The notes beneath the pieces were generated by a model that was not told the DNA's origin, did not search any database, and saw only the letters and a list, made by a program, of their open reading frames with translations. Both the position numbers and the translations under genes were made by a program. A DNA stretch of 64,000 nucleotides from Ferrithrix thermotolerans DSM 19514 (lineage in GTDB: Bacteria > Actinomycetota > Acidimicrobiia > Acidimicrobiales > CAIXPF01), in the NCBI GenBank assembly GCA_945906305.1, contig CAMDQT010000018.1, forward strand, positions 5,553 to 69,552. Reading direction: 5' to 3'. Of the stretch, positions 1 to 10,479 are shown piece by piece. Every line of letters starts with the position of its first letter. The stretch's first letter is position 1.

Positions 1-1137
1 GGGCTGGCCAAGTCCGGCCGCGGCGGATTCAACATGACGCCGGCCATGACCATCGCCGCTCATGCCATCAACCACGCCGTGGCGAAGTCCGGCATCGAGC
101 CCGAGGCAGTTGAAGACCTCTACCTCGGCAACGGTGCCCATGGCTCTAGCAACCTCGGCCGCCTCGCCGGCTTGCTGGCCGGCCTGCCCATCACGACCGG
201 TGGCTCTACGATCCAGCGTCACTGCTCGTCAGGCCTCAACGCCATCGCCCTCGCCGCCAACTACATCAAACAAGACGGCGCCGATGTGGTGGTCGCCGGT
301 GGTGTGGAGTCCATCTCCATGCCAAACCCCGGTATGGGTGGCTCGGCCAACATGGATCCGGCGTTGACGGACATGTACCCGGCTATCTACATGGCCATGA
401 TCGAGACGGCGGACATCGTGGCGCGGCGCTACAACGTGTCGCGCGAATACCAAGACGAGTACTCCCTCCAGTCTCAGCTGCGCATGGGCCGTGCCCAGGC
501 CAGCGGCCTGTTCGAGGATGAGATCGTGCCCATGGCCACCAAGATGCGCGTCGTGAACCGCGACACCAAGGAAGAGACGATGGTCGACGCCATCGTCGAT
601 CGTGACGACTGCAACCGGCCCGAGACCACTATTGAGGGTCTTGCCAAGCTGCAGCCGGTACGGGGCGAGGGCCATTTCATCACTGCCGGCAATGCGAGCC
701 AGCTGTCCGACGGCGCGGCAGCGGTCGTGATGATGTCCTCGGAAGAGGCGGCTCGGCGCAACCTCGAGCCCATGGGGGCGTTCAAGGGTTGGGCCGTCGC
801 GGGCTGCGAACCCGACGAGATGGGCATCGGGCCCATTTACGCGGTGCCGAAGCTGCTCAAGCGCCACGGCCTCACCGTGGATGACATCGACCTGTGGGAG
901 CTGAACGAGGCCTTCGCCAGCCAGTGCCTGTACTCGCGCGACACCCTCGGAATCGACCCCGAGAAGTACAACGTCAACGGCGGCTCAATCGCTATCGGGC
1001 ACCCCTTCGGCATGACGGGGACCCGTTGCGCGGGCCATATTCTTCAAGAGGGCAAGCGCCGCGGTGCCAAATGGGGTGTCGTCACCATGTGCATCGGTGG
1101 CGGCCAGGGCGCAGCCGGTCTGCTCGAGATCTACTGA
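1..1137 (+). CDS. Acetyl-CoA C-acyltransferase (thiolase), 5'-truncated by window edge
   Basis: Frame is open from base 1 (GLAKSGRGGFNMT..). Motifs present: RHCSSG (nucleophile Cys), NEAF, GHPFG, MCIGGG. Confidence 0.93.
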   Translation, partial: GLAKSGRGGFNMTPAMTIAAHAINHAVAKSGIEPEAVEDLYLGNGAHGSSNLGRLAGLLAGLPITTGGSTIQRHCSSGLNAIALAANYIKQDGADVVVAGGVESISMPNPGMGGSANMDPALTDMYPAIYMAMIETADIVARRYNVSREYQDEYSLQSQLRMGRAQASGLFEDEIVPMATKMRVVNRDTKEETMVDAIVDRDDCNRPETTIEGLAKLQPVRGEGHFITAGNASQLSDGAAAVVMMSSEEAARRNLEPMGAFKGWAVAGCEPDEMGIGPIYAVPKLLKRHGLTVDDIDLWELNEAFASQCLYSRDTLGIDPEKYNVNGGSIAIGHPFGMTGTRCAGHILQEGKRRGAKWGVVTMCIGGGQGAAGLLEIY

Positions 1138-1164
1138 CCTTCGACTTCCTCTCCGTACCTTTTC

Positions 1165-1198
1165 ACGGTGGTCGCACCCCCAGGGGTGCGACCACCGT
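1165..1198. terminator. Perfect GC-rich hairpin between convergent genes
   Basis: acggtggtcgcacccc-ca-ggggtgcgaccaccgt, a 16-bp perfect inverted repeat with no U-tail on either strand. Confidence 0.65.
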
Positions 1199-1222
1199 CG
1201 CGTGCGTCAGGGCTCGGGCTGC

Positions 1223-1996
1223 TCAGCGCCGTCGGGCAGCGATATTGGGAAACTGCCCGGTCGTGGCGGTGACCCCGCCGTCCACGGGCAAGGCCACTCC
1301 CGTGATGAACGAGGCGTCGGGTGAGAGGAGAAAGGCCACTGCCGCGGCGAGCTCAGAAGCCTCCCCCCAGCGGGCCATGGGAACCACATCGAGAATGTTC
1401 TGGTCCACGTCAGCACGGTTGCGCATCGGCTCGGTCATCCCGGTCTTGGTGGGGCCGGGGCACACCGCGTTGACGCGGATGCCTTCGTGAGCGACGTCGA
1501 GAGCGGCCGCCTTGGCCAGGTTGATTACCGCCGCCTTGGAGGCGTTGTACGTCCACAGCCCCGGGTCGGCCCCGATCCCCGAGGTTGAGCCGGTGACAAC
1601 GATGGCACCGCCTGAGACCTTGCGCAGCGCGGGCAACGCGGCGCGCATTCCGAGGGCGACCGCTCGGACATTGACCTCCATCACCTGGTCGAACATGGCC
1701 ATCGGGGCTCGCTCGATAGCGCCAAAGCCCCCAATGCCGGCATTGAGAAAAACGCCGTGCAGCGCACCGAAGTGCTCCTCGGCGGCGCGCACCATGGCCT
1801 CGTTCGTCGCCTCGGTGGTGACGTCCCCGGCGACGGCCACCACGCCATCGACCCCGTCGGTCCAGCGCAAGCCGTCCTCGCTCCGGTCTACCGCGACGAC
1901 CATCGCCCCTTCGGCGACCAGTCGTTCGACCGTCGCTCGACCAATGCCCGAAGCTGCGCCGGTGACGCCGTACACCCTGCCCGTATTTGTGCTCAT
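1223..1996 (-). CDS. SDR oxidoreductase
   Basis: TGAASGIG, NAG and YNASK motifs. ATG 1996 lies 7 nt after TACGGT. Confidence 0.92.
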   Translation of the reverse strand: MSTNTGRVYGVTGAASGIGRATVERLVAEGAMVVAVDRSEDGLRWTDGVDGVVAVAGDVTTEATNEAMVRAAEEHFGALHGVFLNAGIGGFGAIERAPMAMFDQVMEVNVRAVALGMRAALPALRKVSGGAIVVTGSTSGIGADPGLWTYNASKAAVINLAKAAALDVAHEGIRVNAVCPGPTKTGMTEPMRNRADVDQNILDVVPMARWGEASELAAAVAFLLSPDASFITGVALPVDGGVTATTGQFPNIAARRR

Positions 1997-2061
1997 GGGC
2001 CAGACCGTAGTGGCTGGGCCGAGGGCGGAACGGCCCGTGCTGCGGTGGGAGGAGCCGGTGT

Positions 2062-3252
2062 CTAGAGCAGGCCCTTGCGGCTGCGGCTCCACGGGACGTC
2101 GCGGTCGACGCGGGGCTCCGAGGGCAGACCGAGCACGCGTTCGCCGACGATGTTGCGCTGGATCTCGTCGGTGCCGCCGCGGATCGCCATCGAGGGCGAG
2201 GTGAGGAAGGTGAGGCTGTGCTCGTTGTCGGTCAGCATCGCCTCGGGGCCGAGCGAGTCGAGGGAGATGGTGGCGCGGTCTCGATACTGGCGGGTGGATC
2301 GCAGTTTGGCCCCCGAGCCCGCCGGGCCGGGTTGACGCGAGGCCGCCGCTCGGCCGTTGGTCCAAGCGGCAGCCTGGTCGAAGGAGTAGGCCTTGGTGGC
2401 GCGTTGTCGCCACAGCGGATCCTCGAAACGGCCGCTGGGCAAAAGGGCTGCCAGCCATGAGGGTGGCGTAGGGGCGGCGCCTTTGCGCTTTTTCACGCCG
2501 CCGCCGCCTCCACCCCCGCCGGCCGCGGCTCGTTCATGGGCCAGCACCGTCACGGCGACGTTCCAGCCCAGGCCAAGGTTCCCAATGCGATAGCTGTCTG
2601 GTATGCGTGCCCCGGAGACGAAGACCTCGGAGAAGTGTTTGTCGCTGTTCATCTGGACCAGGGGGCGGACCTCGACCCCGGGGCTGTCCATGCGGATGGC
2701 GAACATGCTGAGGCCATTGTGCTTGGGGACCTCGGGGTCGGTGCGGGCTAGAACCAGGCCCCAGGTGGCCCACATGCCGCGGCTGGTCCACACCTTTTGG
2801 CCGTCGAGGATCCATTCGTCGCCGTCTCGTTCGGCCCTCATGGCGACGTTGGCGAGATCGGAGCCGGCCTCCGGCTCGGAGAACATTTGGCACCAGATCT
2901 CTGAGCCATTGGCGATGGAGGGCATCCATTGGCCTTGCTGTTGCTCGCTGCCGTGAGCGAGCAGGGTGGGGCCGACCATGGCCAGCCCAACCGCATAGAC
3001 GTACAGATCGGGCACGGAGAACTCGCGCTGGACACGCTTGATGGCGCGGCTCTCGTCCGCGCTGGCGTCACGGCCGCCGAGCTCACGGGGCCAGGACGGC
3101 ACGGCCCAGCCTCCGGCCGCGGCGCCATCGAGATAACGGCGCCCCGATTCGAGATCGTCGTTGCCCACACCCATCGTGGCCGCACGAACGCCCGGATCGC
3201 GGCGTTCGAGGAACGCCTCCATACCAGAACGAATGTCGTCGTCGCTCAGCAT
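2062..3252 (-). CDS. Acyl-CoA dehydrogenase (FadE type)
   Basis: WCQMFSEPEAGSDLA, GQKVWTS, LAHERA and GGTDEIQRN motifs. Leaderless ATG 3252. Confidence 0.92.
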   Translation of the reverse strand: MLSDDDIRSGMEAFLERRDPGVRAATMGVGNDDLESGRRYLDGAAAGGWAVPSWPRELGGRDASADESRAIKRVQREFSVPDLYVYAVGLAMVGPTLLAHGSEQQQGQWMPSIANGSEIWCQMFSEPEAGSDLANVAMRAERDGDEWILDGQKVWTSRGMWATWGLVLARTDPEVPKHNGLSMFAIRMDSPGVEVRPLVQMNSDKHFSEVFVSGARIPDSYRIGNLGLGWNVAVTVLAHERAAAGGGGGGGGVKKRKGAAPTPPSWLAALLPSGRFEDPLWRQRATKAYSFDQAAAWTNGRAAASRQPGPAGSGAKLRSTRQYRDRATISLDSLGPEAMLTDNEHSLTFLTSPSMAIRGGTDEIQRNIVGERVLGLPSEPRVDRDVPWSRSRKGLL

Positions 3253-3329
3253 GGTTGGATGGTAGTGCGCGGTGGGACCATTCGTTACCCGTACCGCATG
3301 GGCCGAGCCCGTCGAGCTACGGTGCGCGC

Positions 3330-5735
3330 ATGTTGTCGAGGTTTCGCGTGCTGGACATGACCGACGAACGCGGGCAGCTGGCGGGCTATCTGCTGGCGGC
3401 CCTTGGGGCGGAGGTGATTGCGGTGGAGCCGCCGGGCGGTAGCCGCAGCCGCCTGCGGGCACCGTTGGGTCCGACCGGGCTGTCTCTCGCCCATGCGGCG
3501 GCGAACCGCGGCAAGCGTTCGATCACTGTTGATCTGGCGGCGGCGGAAGGCCGCGACGGCTTCGGGCGGCTCCTCGAGGGAGCGGACGTGCTGCTGGTGG
3601 CAGGCACCCCAAGTGAGCAAGCTGCGCTCGGTATCGACCACACTGCGCTGAGCGCTGCCTACCCCCGACTGGTCGTGGTGTCGATCAGCCCGTTCGGCCT
3701 GCATGGACCCAAAGCCGACTGGGCGGCCACCGATCTGACTGTTTGGGCTGCCGGTGGGCCCTTGGCGCTGTCGGGTGACCCCAACCGCGCTCCAGTGCAG
3801 GTGAGCGCGCCGCAGGCGTTCCTGCACGCCTCGGCCACCGCGGCCAGCGGGGCGGTGCTGGCGCTGCTCGAACGCGACCAGTCCGGACTTGGCCAGCAGG
3901 TGGATGTGTCCGCGCAGCTTTCGGCCATGCCCTTTACCCAGTCCGCGGTGCTCAGCACCAAGGTCGGCGCCGATTTGTTGGCCCGCTCCGGTGGGGGCAT
4001 CAAGAGCGGGGAGGTGTTCCTGCGCTTCGTGTATCCGGCCCAGAACGGACATGTGTCCATCACCCTGGTGTTCGGTGCCGCAGTTGGTCCCTCGACACAG
4101 CGGCTCATGCGGTATCTGGGGGAGCAGGGCTGGTTGGAGCCAGCCGAGGTCGAACGGGATTGGGTGGGTTACCACATCGCGTTGGCCGAGGGCCGTGAGC
4201 CGCTCGCGGGGTTCGAGTCGCTCAAGCAGCGCGTGGCGGCCTTCACCGCTTCGCGCACCAAGGAGGACTTGTTCGCATTGGCCCGAGAGCAACGACATCT
4301 CATTGCGCCGGTGGCCACGACCGCTGATGTGCTGGCCTCGGAGCAATTCGCCGCCCGCGGGTTCTGGCAGGTCATTGACGCCGTGCGTTATCCCGGCCCG
4401 TGGGCTCGAAGCGCGGTGCCTTGGCCGGTGCTCGCCGCGGCGCCTCCGGCTGGGGTCGACAGCGACAACATCCTCGCCGAGCCCGACCGCCCGGCGTGGG
4501 TACGCCCGGCGGCGCCGGCCACGAAGCCATCCGGCGCCTCGCGCCCGTTGGAAGGGCTCAAGGTGCTCGACTTCATGTGGGCCGTGGCCGGCCCCACGTT
4601 GTCTCGGACGCTGGCCGATGCCGGGGCGACGGTGCTGCGGGTGGAATCGTCGTCCCGGGTCGATCCTGCCCGGGCCTTCATGCCGTTCATCGACAACCAG
4701 TTCGGGGTGGAGAACTCCTCGCTGTTCCACAATCTCGGTGCGGGCAAGAAGAGCCTCGCCCTCGACCTCAATCGGCCGGAGGGCAGGGAGGTGGCTTTGG
4801 ACCTGGCGCGCTGGGCCGACGTGGTGTGCGAGTCCTTCTCGCCCAAGGCGATGCGCAGTTTCGGTCTCGATTACGAACAGCTGCGAGCGGTAAACCCGTC
4901 GGTGGTGATGCTCTCGTCGTGTCTGTTCGGCCAGACCGGACCCCTCGCCTCCTTCGCTGGCTATGGCAACCTCGCTGGTGCCATGACCGGCTTTTACAAC
5001 CTGACCGGCTGGCCCGACGGCGATCCCGAGGGTCCCTTCGGTGCCTTCACCGACTATGCCGCCCCGTCGGTGGCACTCACCACGCTGTTGGCCGCGGTCG
5101 ATCACCAGCGCCGCACCGGGCAGGGCCAGCACCTTGATTTCTCCCAGGCCGAGGCCTCGTTGCATTTCTTGGCCTCAGCACTGCTCGAATACGAACAATG
5201 TGGCCGCCTGGCCGAGCGGCGCGGCAATGCCGACCTCGAGATGTGCCCCCACGGGGTGTTTCCCGCCGCTGGTGAGGATCAGTGGGTGGCCATTGTGGCT
5301 CAAGACGACGCGGCGTGGGCCCGTTTGGCCTTGCTCGTCGGGCGGGCGGACCTCGCCGACCTCGGTGCCCAGGCACGGCTCGGCCGGCGCGTCGAACTCG
5401 AAGCACTGGTGAGCGCGTGGAGTTCGCTCCGTTCACCCGGCCAGGCCGAAGCGGCCTGCCAGGCGGTGGGTGTGGCCGCTCACTCGGTGCAAAACGCGCC
5501 TGAACTGGCCGTGGATGCCCAGTTGGCCCATCTCGGCCACTGGCGAGTGGTCCCGCACCCCCAACATGGAGACACCGTGGTGGAGGGACCGCGTTTGAGA
5601 CTGTCACGGACGCCGATCGGTCCGCGGTCCGCCGGTCCGGTTCTGGGGGAGCACGTTCGGCCGGTGCTGGAGGAGTTGCTCGGCTATGACGGTGCCCGGA
5701 TCGACGCGCTCGTGGCCTCGGGCGTGTTCGACTGA
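3330..5735 (+). CDS. Family III (CaiB/BaiF) CoA-transferase with two fused repeats
   Basis: Two copies of the RVLD..NRGKRS / KVLD..GAGKKS module. Asp motif (FTDY) only in the C-half. Confidence 0.9.
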   Translation: MLSRFRVLDMTDERGQLAGYLLAALGAEVIAVEPPGGSRSRLRAPLGPTGLSLAHAAANRGKRSITVDLAAAEGRDGFGRLLEGADVLLVAGTPSEQAALGIDHTALSAAYPRLVVVSISPFGLHGPKADWAATDLTVWAAGGPLALSGDPNRAPVQVSAPQAFLHASATAASGAVLALLERDQSGLGQQVDVSAQLSAMPFTQSAVLSTKVGADLLARSGGGIKSGEVFLRFVYPAQNGHVSITLVFGAAVGPSTQRLMRYLGEQGWLEPAEVERDWVGYHIALAEGREPLAGFESLKQRVAAFTASRTKEDLFALAREQRHLIAPVATTADVLASEQFAARGFWQVIDAVRYPGPWARSAVPWPVLAAAPPAGVDSDNILAEPDRPAWVRPAAPATKPSGASRPLEGLKVLDFMWAVAGPTLSRTLADAGATVLRVESSSRVDPARAFMPFIDNQFGVENSSLFHNLGAGKKSLALDLNRPEGREVALDLARWADVVCESFSPKAMRSFGLDYEQLRAVNPSVVMLSSCLFGQTGPLASFAGYGNLAGAMTGFYNLTGWPDGDPEGPFGAFTDYAAPSVALTTLLAAVDHQRRTGQGQHLDFSQAEASLHFLASALLEYEQCGRLAERRGNADLEMCPHGVFPAAGEDQWVAIVAQDDAAWARLALLVGRADLADLGAQARLGRRVELEALVSAWSSLRSPGQAEAACQAVGVAAHSVQNAPELAVDAQLAHLGHWRVVPHPQHGDTVVEGPRLRLSRTPIGPRSAGPVLGEHVRPVLEELLGYDGARIDALVASGVFD

Positions 5736-5854
5736 GGTTGGGCTAGGGCGGGTCCGGTGGCGACGCCATGGGTCGCATGGCGGCGTCGCGGACGCTACGG
5801 TCCGTTCCGCCCGGCGTGATACCAGCGCCGGACTGGGCAGTGGAGGTTACGGGA

Positions 5855-6736
5855 ATGACCCTGCAGACGTGGCAGATCGGTGAGGCCAAGATCACCAAGG
5901 TGACCGAGATGGAGCAGCGTTGGCCTGGCTTCGCCGTGATCCCCCAAGCCACCCAGGCGGCGATGAAGGAGCACGATTGGGTGCTCGGTCCCTTCGCCGA
6001 CCGGGAGTCGGGCAAGATCCGGTTGTCCTTCCATGCATTTTGCATCGAGATCGGTGATGAGAAGATCATCGTGGACACCTGTGCTGGCAACGACAAGGTC
6101 CGTCCCAACTTCGAGGCGCTCGGTGATCTGCACACCGACTTTCTCGAACGTATGACCGAGGCCGGCTTTGGCCCCGACGACGTCACTGCGGTGGTCTGCA
6201 CGCACCTCCACGTCGACCACGTCGGCTGGAACACCAACCTGGTGAACGGGGTGTGGGTGCCCACCTTTCCCAAGGCCCGCTACGTGTTCGGCGCCAAGGA
6301 ATGGAACCACTGGCGGGGCGAGCCACAGGTGTACGGCGACGTCGTGGGCGACAGCATCAGGCCCTGCATCGACGCCGGTTTGGCGGAGCTGGTGGAATCT
6401 GATTTGCGGCTGAACGACGCGGTGTGGCTGGAGCCGACGCCTGGCCATACTCCCGGCCATCACAGCGTGCGGATCTCCTCCGGTGGTCTCGACGCGGTCG
6501 TGACCGGCGACCTGGTGCATCACCCCATCCAGTTCGAACATCCGGATTGGTCCAGCGAGCCCGACGTCGACAAGCCAATGGCCATCGACACCCGCCGGAG
6601 CTTCGCGGAGCGCTACTGCGACGATCACACCATCGTGCTCGGTACCCATTTCGGTGGTCCGAGCTGTGGCCATCTGCGGCGCCTCGACGCTGGTGGCTGG
6701 TGGCTGGACTCGACCGGTTTTGCCGACGTCAGCTGA
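5855..6736 (+). CDS. Metallo-beta-lactamase-fold hydrolase (lactonase-like)
   Basis: THLHVDHVGWN, PGHTPGH and GD motifs. GGAGG RBS upstream. Confidence 0.9.
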   Translation: MTLQTWQIGEAKITKVTEMEQRWPGFAVIPQATQAAMKEHDWVLGPFADRESGKIRLSFHAFCIEIGDEKIIVDTCAGNDKVRPNFEALGDLHTDFLERMTEAGFGPDDVTAVVCTHLHVDHVGWNTNLVNGVWVPTFPKARYVFGAKEWNHWRGEPQVYGDVVGDSIRPCIDAGLAELVESDLRLNDAVWLEPTPGHTPGHHSVRISSGGLDAVVTGDLVHHPIQFEHPDWSSEPDVDKPMAIDTRRSFAERYCDDHTIVLGTHFGGPSCGHLRRLDAGGWWLDSTGFADVS

Positions 6737-6773
6737 ACTCGCTCCCGCCACGGCTGCTGAGGGACCTGCCCGA

Positions 6774-7577
6774 TCAGCTGCTGTGGCGGGGCTGCGAGTT
6801 GTCTAGGGAGGGCATCCGTTTGCGGGACCCGAACGGGTTGTCCTCGTTGAAGAATGCGCCCCCGAGGCTGGCCATCAGGTAGGCCGAATGGCCCGCCGAA
6901 ATGGCGGCACGAAAGCCTTGGGCATCCTGCGCATCGTTGACTTGGCGCTTGATCATCTGCGCCACCATGGGGTGCAGAGAGGCGATGCGCTCGGCCTTGG
7001 CCATGACCGCCTCTGTCAGTTGCTCCAACGGTACGACCGCGGAGACGAAGCCGAGCTCGTGCGCCGCGTTGGCATCGAGCCAGCCTTGTTCCCACATCAG
7101 GTCCTTGGCCCGGCGGGCGCCAATGTCCCACGGCGTCGATTGGTACTGAAACAGGAAGGGAATGAACCGGGCGTTCTCGGCGGCAACGATGAGGTCCATC
7201 GCCGCCGCGATCATCCAGCCGCCGTAGATGCAACTGCCGTGCACCGCAGCGAGTGTCGGTTTGGGTAGGTCCCGCCAGCGCATGGTGTTCTCGACATTCC
7301 AGTCCCAGGACCGCTGCTGGATGCCGAGGACACCTTTTGGATAGGGCCTGGCCTCGCGGTCGGCGAGTTCCTCGGCGGTGCCGATGTCGTGGCCGGAGGA
7401 CCAGTGTTCGCCGTTACCGAACAGGACCACGACCCGGACCTCATGGTCGGCCATGGCTTCTGTGAAGGCGGCATCGAGTTCTTCGAGGAGCACTCTGGAT
7501 TGGGCGTTGCGGTACTGGGGGCGGTCCATTGTCACCGCCGCCACCGGTCCGATTCGCTCATAGCGCACCGTGTTCAT
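6774..7577 (-). CDS. Crotonase/enoyl-CoA hydratase-fold protein
   Basis: RNAQS..SSGHDI..PKPTLAAVHG. Confidence 0.88.
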   Translation of the reverse strand: MNTVRYERIGPVAAVTMDRPQYRNAQSRVLLEELDAAFTEAMADHEVRVVVLFGNGEHWSSGHDIGTAEELADREARPYPKGVLGIQQRSWDWNVENTMRWRDLPKPTLAAVHGSCIYGGWMIAAAMDLIVAAENARFIPFLFQYQSTPWDIGARRAKDLMWEQGWLDANAAHELGFVSAVVPLEQLTEAVMAKAERIASLHPMVAQMIKRQVNDAQDAQGFRAAISAGHSAYLMASLGGAFFNEDNPFGSRKRMPSLDNSQPRHSS

Positions 7578-7623
7578 GGCGTGGGTCCTTTAGGGGTTGG
7601 GGCTGGCCTGGGGCAGGAGAGCC

Positions 7624-8577
7624 TCAGCCGCCGACGACTACCCGGATGGGCTTGCCCTCAAGGTATGCGCTGATGTCCTCGGCAATGTCGCGGTAGAAAC
7701 CGTCGTAGACGTTGTGGGACACGTAGCCGATGTGAGGGGTGGCCAGTACGTTGTCCAGCGTTCGGAAAGGGTGGCCCGCGGGCAGCGGTTCTATGCCGTA
7801 GGCGTCGAGTCCCGCGCCGGCGATGGTGTGGGCCGCGCAGGCCTCGGCCAATGCCACCTCATCGCAGATGGGGCCTCTGCTGCTGTTGATGAGCCACGCC
7901 GTCGGCTTCATCTGGGCCAGTTCCGCTGCGCCGACGAGAGAACGGGTGCGCTCGGAGAGCACCAGATGGATGCTGAGAACGTCAGATCGACGCCACAGCT
8001 CGTCTTTGCTCACCAGCTCGGCCCCGATTTCGACACACCGCTCGGCGCTGAGGTTTTGGCTCCAGGCGATGAGGTTCATGCCAAAGGCCTTGCCGACTGA
8101 CGCCACCATGGCACCGATGCGTCCCAGCCCGAGGAGACCGAGCGTGGCGCCGTGCAGGTCGGTGCCCACCGTGCTCATCCAGCCGCCGCGGCGGACATTG
8201 CCGATCTCGGTGGGGACATGGCGCAATGCGGCCAGGATCAGGGCCCAAGTCAGTTCGGCCGTGCTCTGAACGCTACCGCCGGTTCCACACAGGGTGATGC
8301 CTTGTTCGAGGCAGGCGGCCTCGTCGATGACGGCATTGCGGGGGCCGGTCGTGACCAGCAGACGAAGGTTGGGCAGGCGCTGCAATAGGGAGCGATCAAA
8401 CGCGGTGCGTTCACGCATGGCTACTACCGCCTCGTACGGCTCGAGCCGGGCCACCAACGCCTCGCGGTCATCGAGATGGTCCGAGAACGCCTCGTAGATA
8501 ACCCCTTCCGGCGCTGGAAAGGCGGCCAGGTAGCTCGCGGCAACGGACTGATAGTCGTCGAGAATGGCGACGCGCAT
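7624..8577 (-). CDS. D-2-hydroxyacid dehydrogenase family protein
   Basis: GLGRIG, INSSRG, LDAYGIEP and TPHIGY motifs. Confidence 0.92.
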   Translation of the reverse strand: MRVAILDDYQSVAASYLAAFPAPEGVIYEAFSDHLDDREALVARLEPYEAVVAMRERTAFDRSLLQRLPNLRLLVTTGPRNAVIDEAACLEQGITLCGTGGSVQSTAELTWALILAALRHVPTEIGNVRRGGWMSTVGTDLHGATLGLLGLGRIGAMVASVGKAFGMNLIAWSQNLSAERCVEIGAELVSKDELWRRSDVLSIHLVLSERTRSLVGAAELAQMKPTAWLINSSRGPICDEVALAEACAAHTIAGAGLDAYGIEPLPAGHPFRTLDNVLATPHIGYVSHNVYDGFYRDIAEDISAYLEGKPIRVVVGG

Positions 8578-9483
8578 CTAGCCGACCACCGTTATGAATC
8601 GTTCCAGCGCCGCGATGTGCTCGCCGACCGTGGTGAAGCCTGGTGCCTCCATGCCAGTCCAAGCTGCCGTGGTACTCATGGCGTTGATGGTCACGTAGTC
8701 GATGCCCGCCTCGCGAGCGCTCTCGACCGAGCTTGCCCAGCGGGCCTCGCCGAGGCCGTACATGAGCGTGAATTCGAGGGGGAAGCTCGCTGGGTCCCGC
8801 CCCCCTGCGACGAGGAGGTCGCGCAGTTCGCTGGCTTGTTGGACGGTCTTTCGACCAGCGCTGGCAAAGGTGAAGCCGTCGCCCACCCGAGCCGCCCGGC
8901 GGAAGGCCACCTTGGTCGAGCCGCCGAACCATAACGGGATCGGCCGGCGCGGCCGGGGCAGGATGCCGGCCCGCTCGATGCGGTGATGATCGGTGCTCAC
9001 CTCAACGACGGGGTCGGTCCACAACTGACGCATCAAGGTGATCTGGTCATCGAAACGGGCGCCGCGGCCCTCCCAGGCGATGCCGAGTCCCTCGTACTCG
9101 ACGGGGTTCCAGCCGGTGCCGATGCCGAGTCGCAGCCGACCGCCGGAGAGAATGTCGACTTCGGCCGCCTGTTTGGCGGCGAGCACGGTCTGGCGTTGGG
9201 GCAGGATGATGATGGCCGTCTCGAACTCGATTGTGGTGGTCACGCCGGCGAGAAAACCAAACAGCACGAAGGGCTCGTGGAACGCATCGCGCTCGGTGTA
9301 GGGGCCCCATAGCTTGGGTTGACGGCCGCTGTGCTCGGCGCCGAGGACGTGGTCGTAGGCCACGATGTGGCTGTAGCCGAGCGACTCGGCCGCCTGGGCG
9401 ATGTCGCGGATGGCGATGGGGTCATCGCCGATCTCGGTGGTGGGGAAGGTGGCTCCGAATTTCACCTTCTCATTGTGGCCCAT
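8578..9483 (-). CDS. LLM-class (probably F420-dependent) oxidoreductase
   Basis: YDHV, EPFV and SGGRLRLGIGTGWNPVE motifs. Confidence 0.88.
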   Translation of the reverse strand: MGHNEKVKFGATFPTTEIGDDPIAIRDIAQAAESLGYSHIVAYDHVLGAEHSGRQPKLWGPYTERDAFHEPFVLFGFLAGVTTTIEFETAIIILPQRQTVLAAKQAAEVDILSGGRLRLGIGTGWNPVEYEGLGIAWEGRGARFDDQITLMRQLWTDPVVEVSTDHHRIERAGILPRPRRPIPLWFGGSTKVAFRRAARVGDGFTFASAGRKTVQQASELRDLLVAGGRDPASFPLEFTLMYGLGEARWASSVESAREAGIDYVTINAMSTTAAWTGMEAPGFTTVGEHIAALERFITVVG

Positions 9484-9554
9484 CAGGCCCCGCGTTGCCC
9501 GATACTATCGGGTACGGCCTCGCGGTATTCTCGGTGGGGCGTTAGGGTCAGCCC

Positions 9555-10445
9555 ATGTCACTGAAGGTCAGGAAACTGCCAGGTGCACCCTTTGGTGCGT
9601 TGGTTGAGGGCCTCGAACCGGCGGAGTTTCCCTCCGAGGACATCGTCGCCGCCGTACGGAGCGCCTTAGCGAGTCATGTCCTGCTGGTGGTCCGCGGCCA
9701 TCAGCCCCCTTCGGACCACGACCTCGTCCGCTTCGCGGCCGCCTTCGGACCGTTGTTCGATGGTGGCGAACTGTTCGGTATCTCCTCGCCGACCAAGGAG
9801 ATCCTGCGGTTGAGCAGCGAACGTAATGAACTCGGGTTAGAGAGCGGCCCGTCGGCGGTGACCCCGTTGCCGTGGCACACCGATTATTCCTACCTGCCCT
9901 GTGCCGCCCGGGAGACCTTCCTCGAGGCGGTGCGGCTGCCCCCCGGGGGCGGCGGGAGGACCTGGTTCGCCAATGCCTACGATGCTTGGGAGTCGTTGTC
10001 CCAGACCATCCACGACCGTCTCGACGGACTGATCGCCATCCACTCGATCAAAGGCAGTGGTCGCTATCTCAGCCAAGATGAGCAGCAAGCGGCACAAGCC
10101 GGTCGGGCCTACAAGAACCCCGCAGTCAGCTACCCCGGGGCACGGGTTCCGGCCCGTCACCCGCTCGCTCATCGACATCCCGATACCGGCCGGGTGGCGC
10201 TCTACGTGAACTCCTTGGTCGCGGGTATCGAGGGCTGGGAGCCACAAGACGCCAGCGAGTTGCTGGAGGACCTGATGGTCCATGCCACCGATGAGGGCCG
10301 GGTGTACGGCCATGGATGGGAGGAGGGCGATCTGGTGATTTTTGATGACATCGGCGTCATTCACCGGCGCGACTCCTCCGACCCCGAGCAAATCCGCACC
10401 ATGCGCCAACTGTCGACGATGCTGAACGACGACGGTCTGAGCTAG
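9555..10445 (+). CDS. TauD/TfdA-family Fe(II)/2-oxoglutarate dioxygenase
   Basis: WHTDYSY (HxD), HPLAHRHPDTGR and HRR motifs. Confidence 0.88.
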   Translation: MSLKVRKLPGAPFGALVEGLEPAEFPSEDIVAAVRSALASHVLLVVRGHQPPSDHDLVRFAAAFGPLFDGGELFGISSPTKEILRLSSERNELGLESGPSAVTPLPWHTDYSYLPCAARETFLEAVRLPPGGGGRTWFANAYDAWESLSQTIHDRLDGLIAIHSIKGSGRYLSQDEQQAAQAGRAYKNPAVSYPGARVPARHPLAHRHPDTGRVALYVNSLVAGIEGWEPQDASELLEDLMVHATDEGRVYGHGWEEGDLVIFDDIGVIHRRDSSDPEQIRTMRQLSTMLNDDGLS

Positions 10446-10479
10446 GACCCGCCCGGGCCGCAAGCGCACCCCGCGGGGG

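Noticed and set aside
2497-2522. Poly-Gly codon runs (also around 11830-11850) as phase-variable repeats
   Set aside because: They are in-frame triplet runs. The first uses mixed codons, and the second falls in a family-typical Gly-rich motif.
3285-5165. Long antisense or alternate-frame ORFs (also 5795-6751-, 39260-40432-, 52436-53380+ and others)
   Set aside because: They are shadows of motif-bearing genes in high-GC DNA and have no recognisable motifs.
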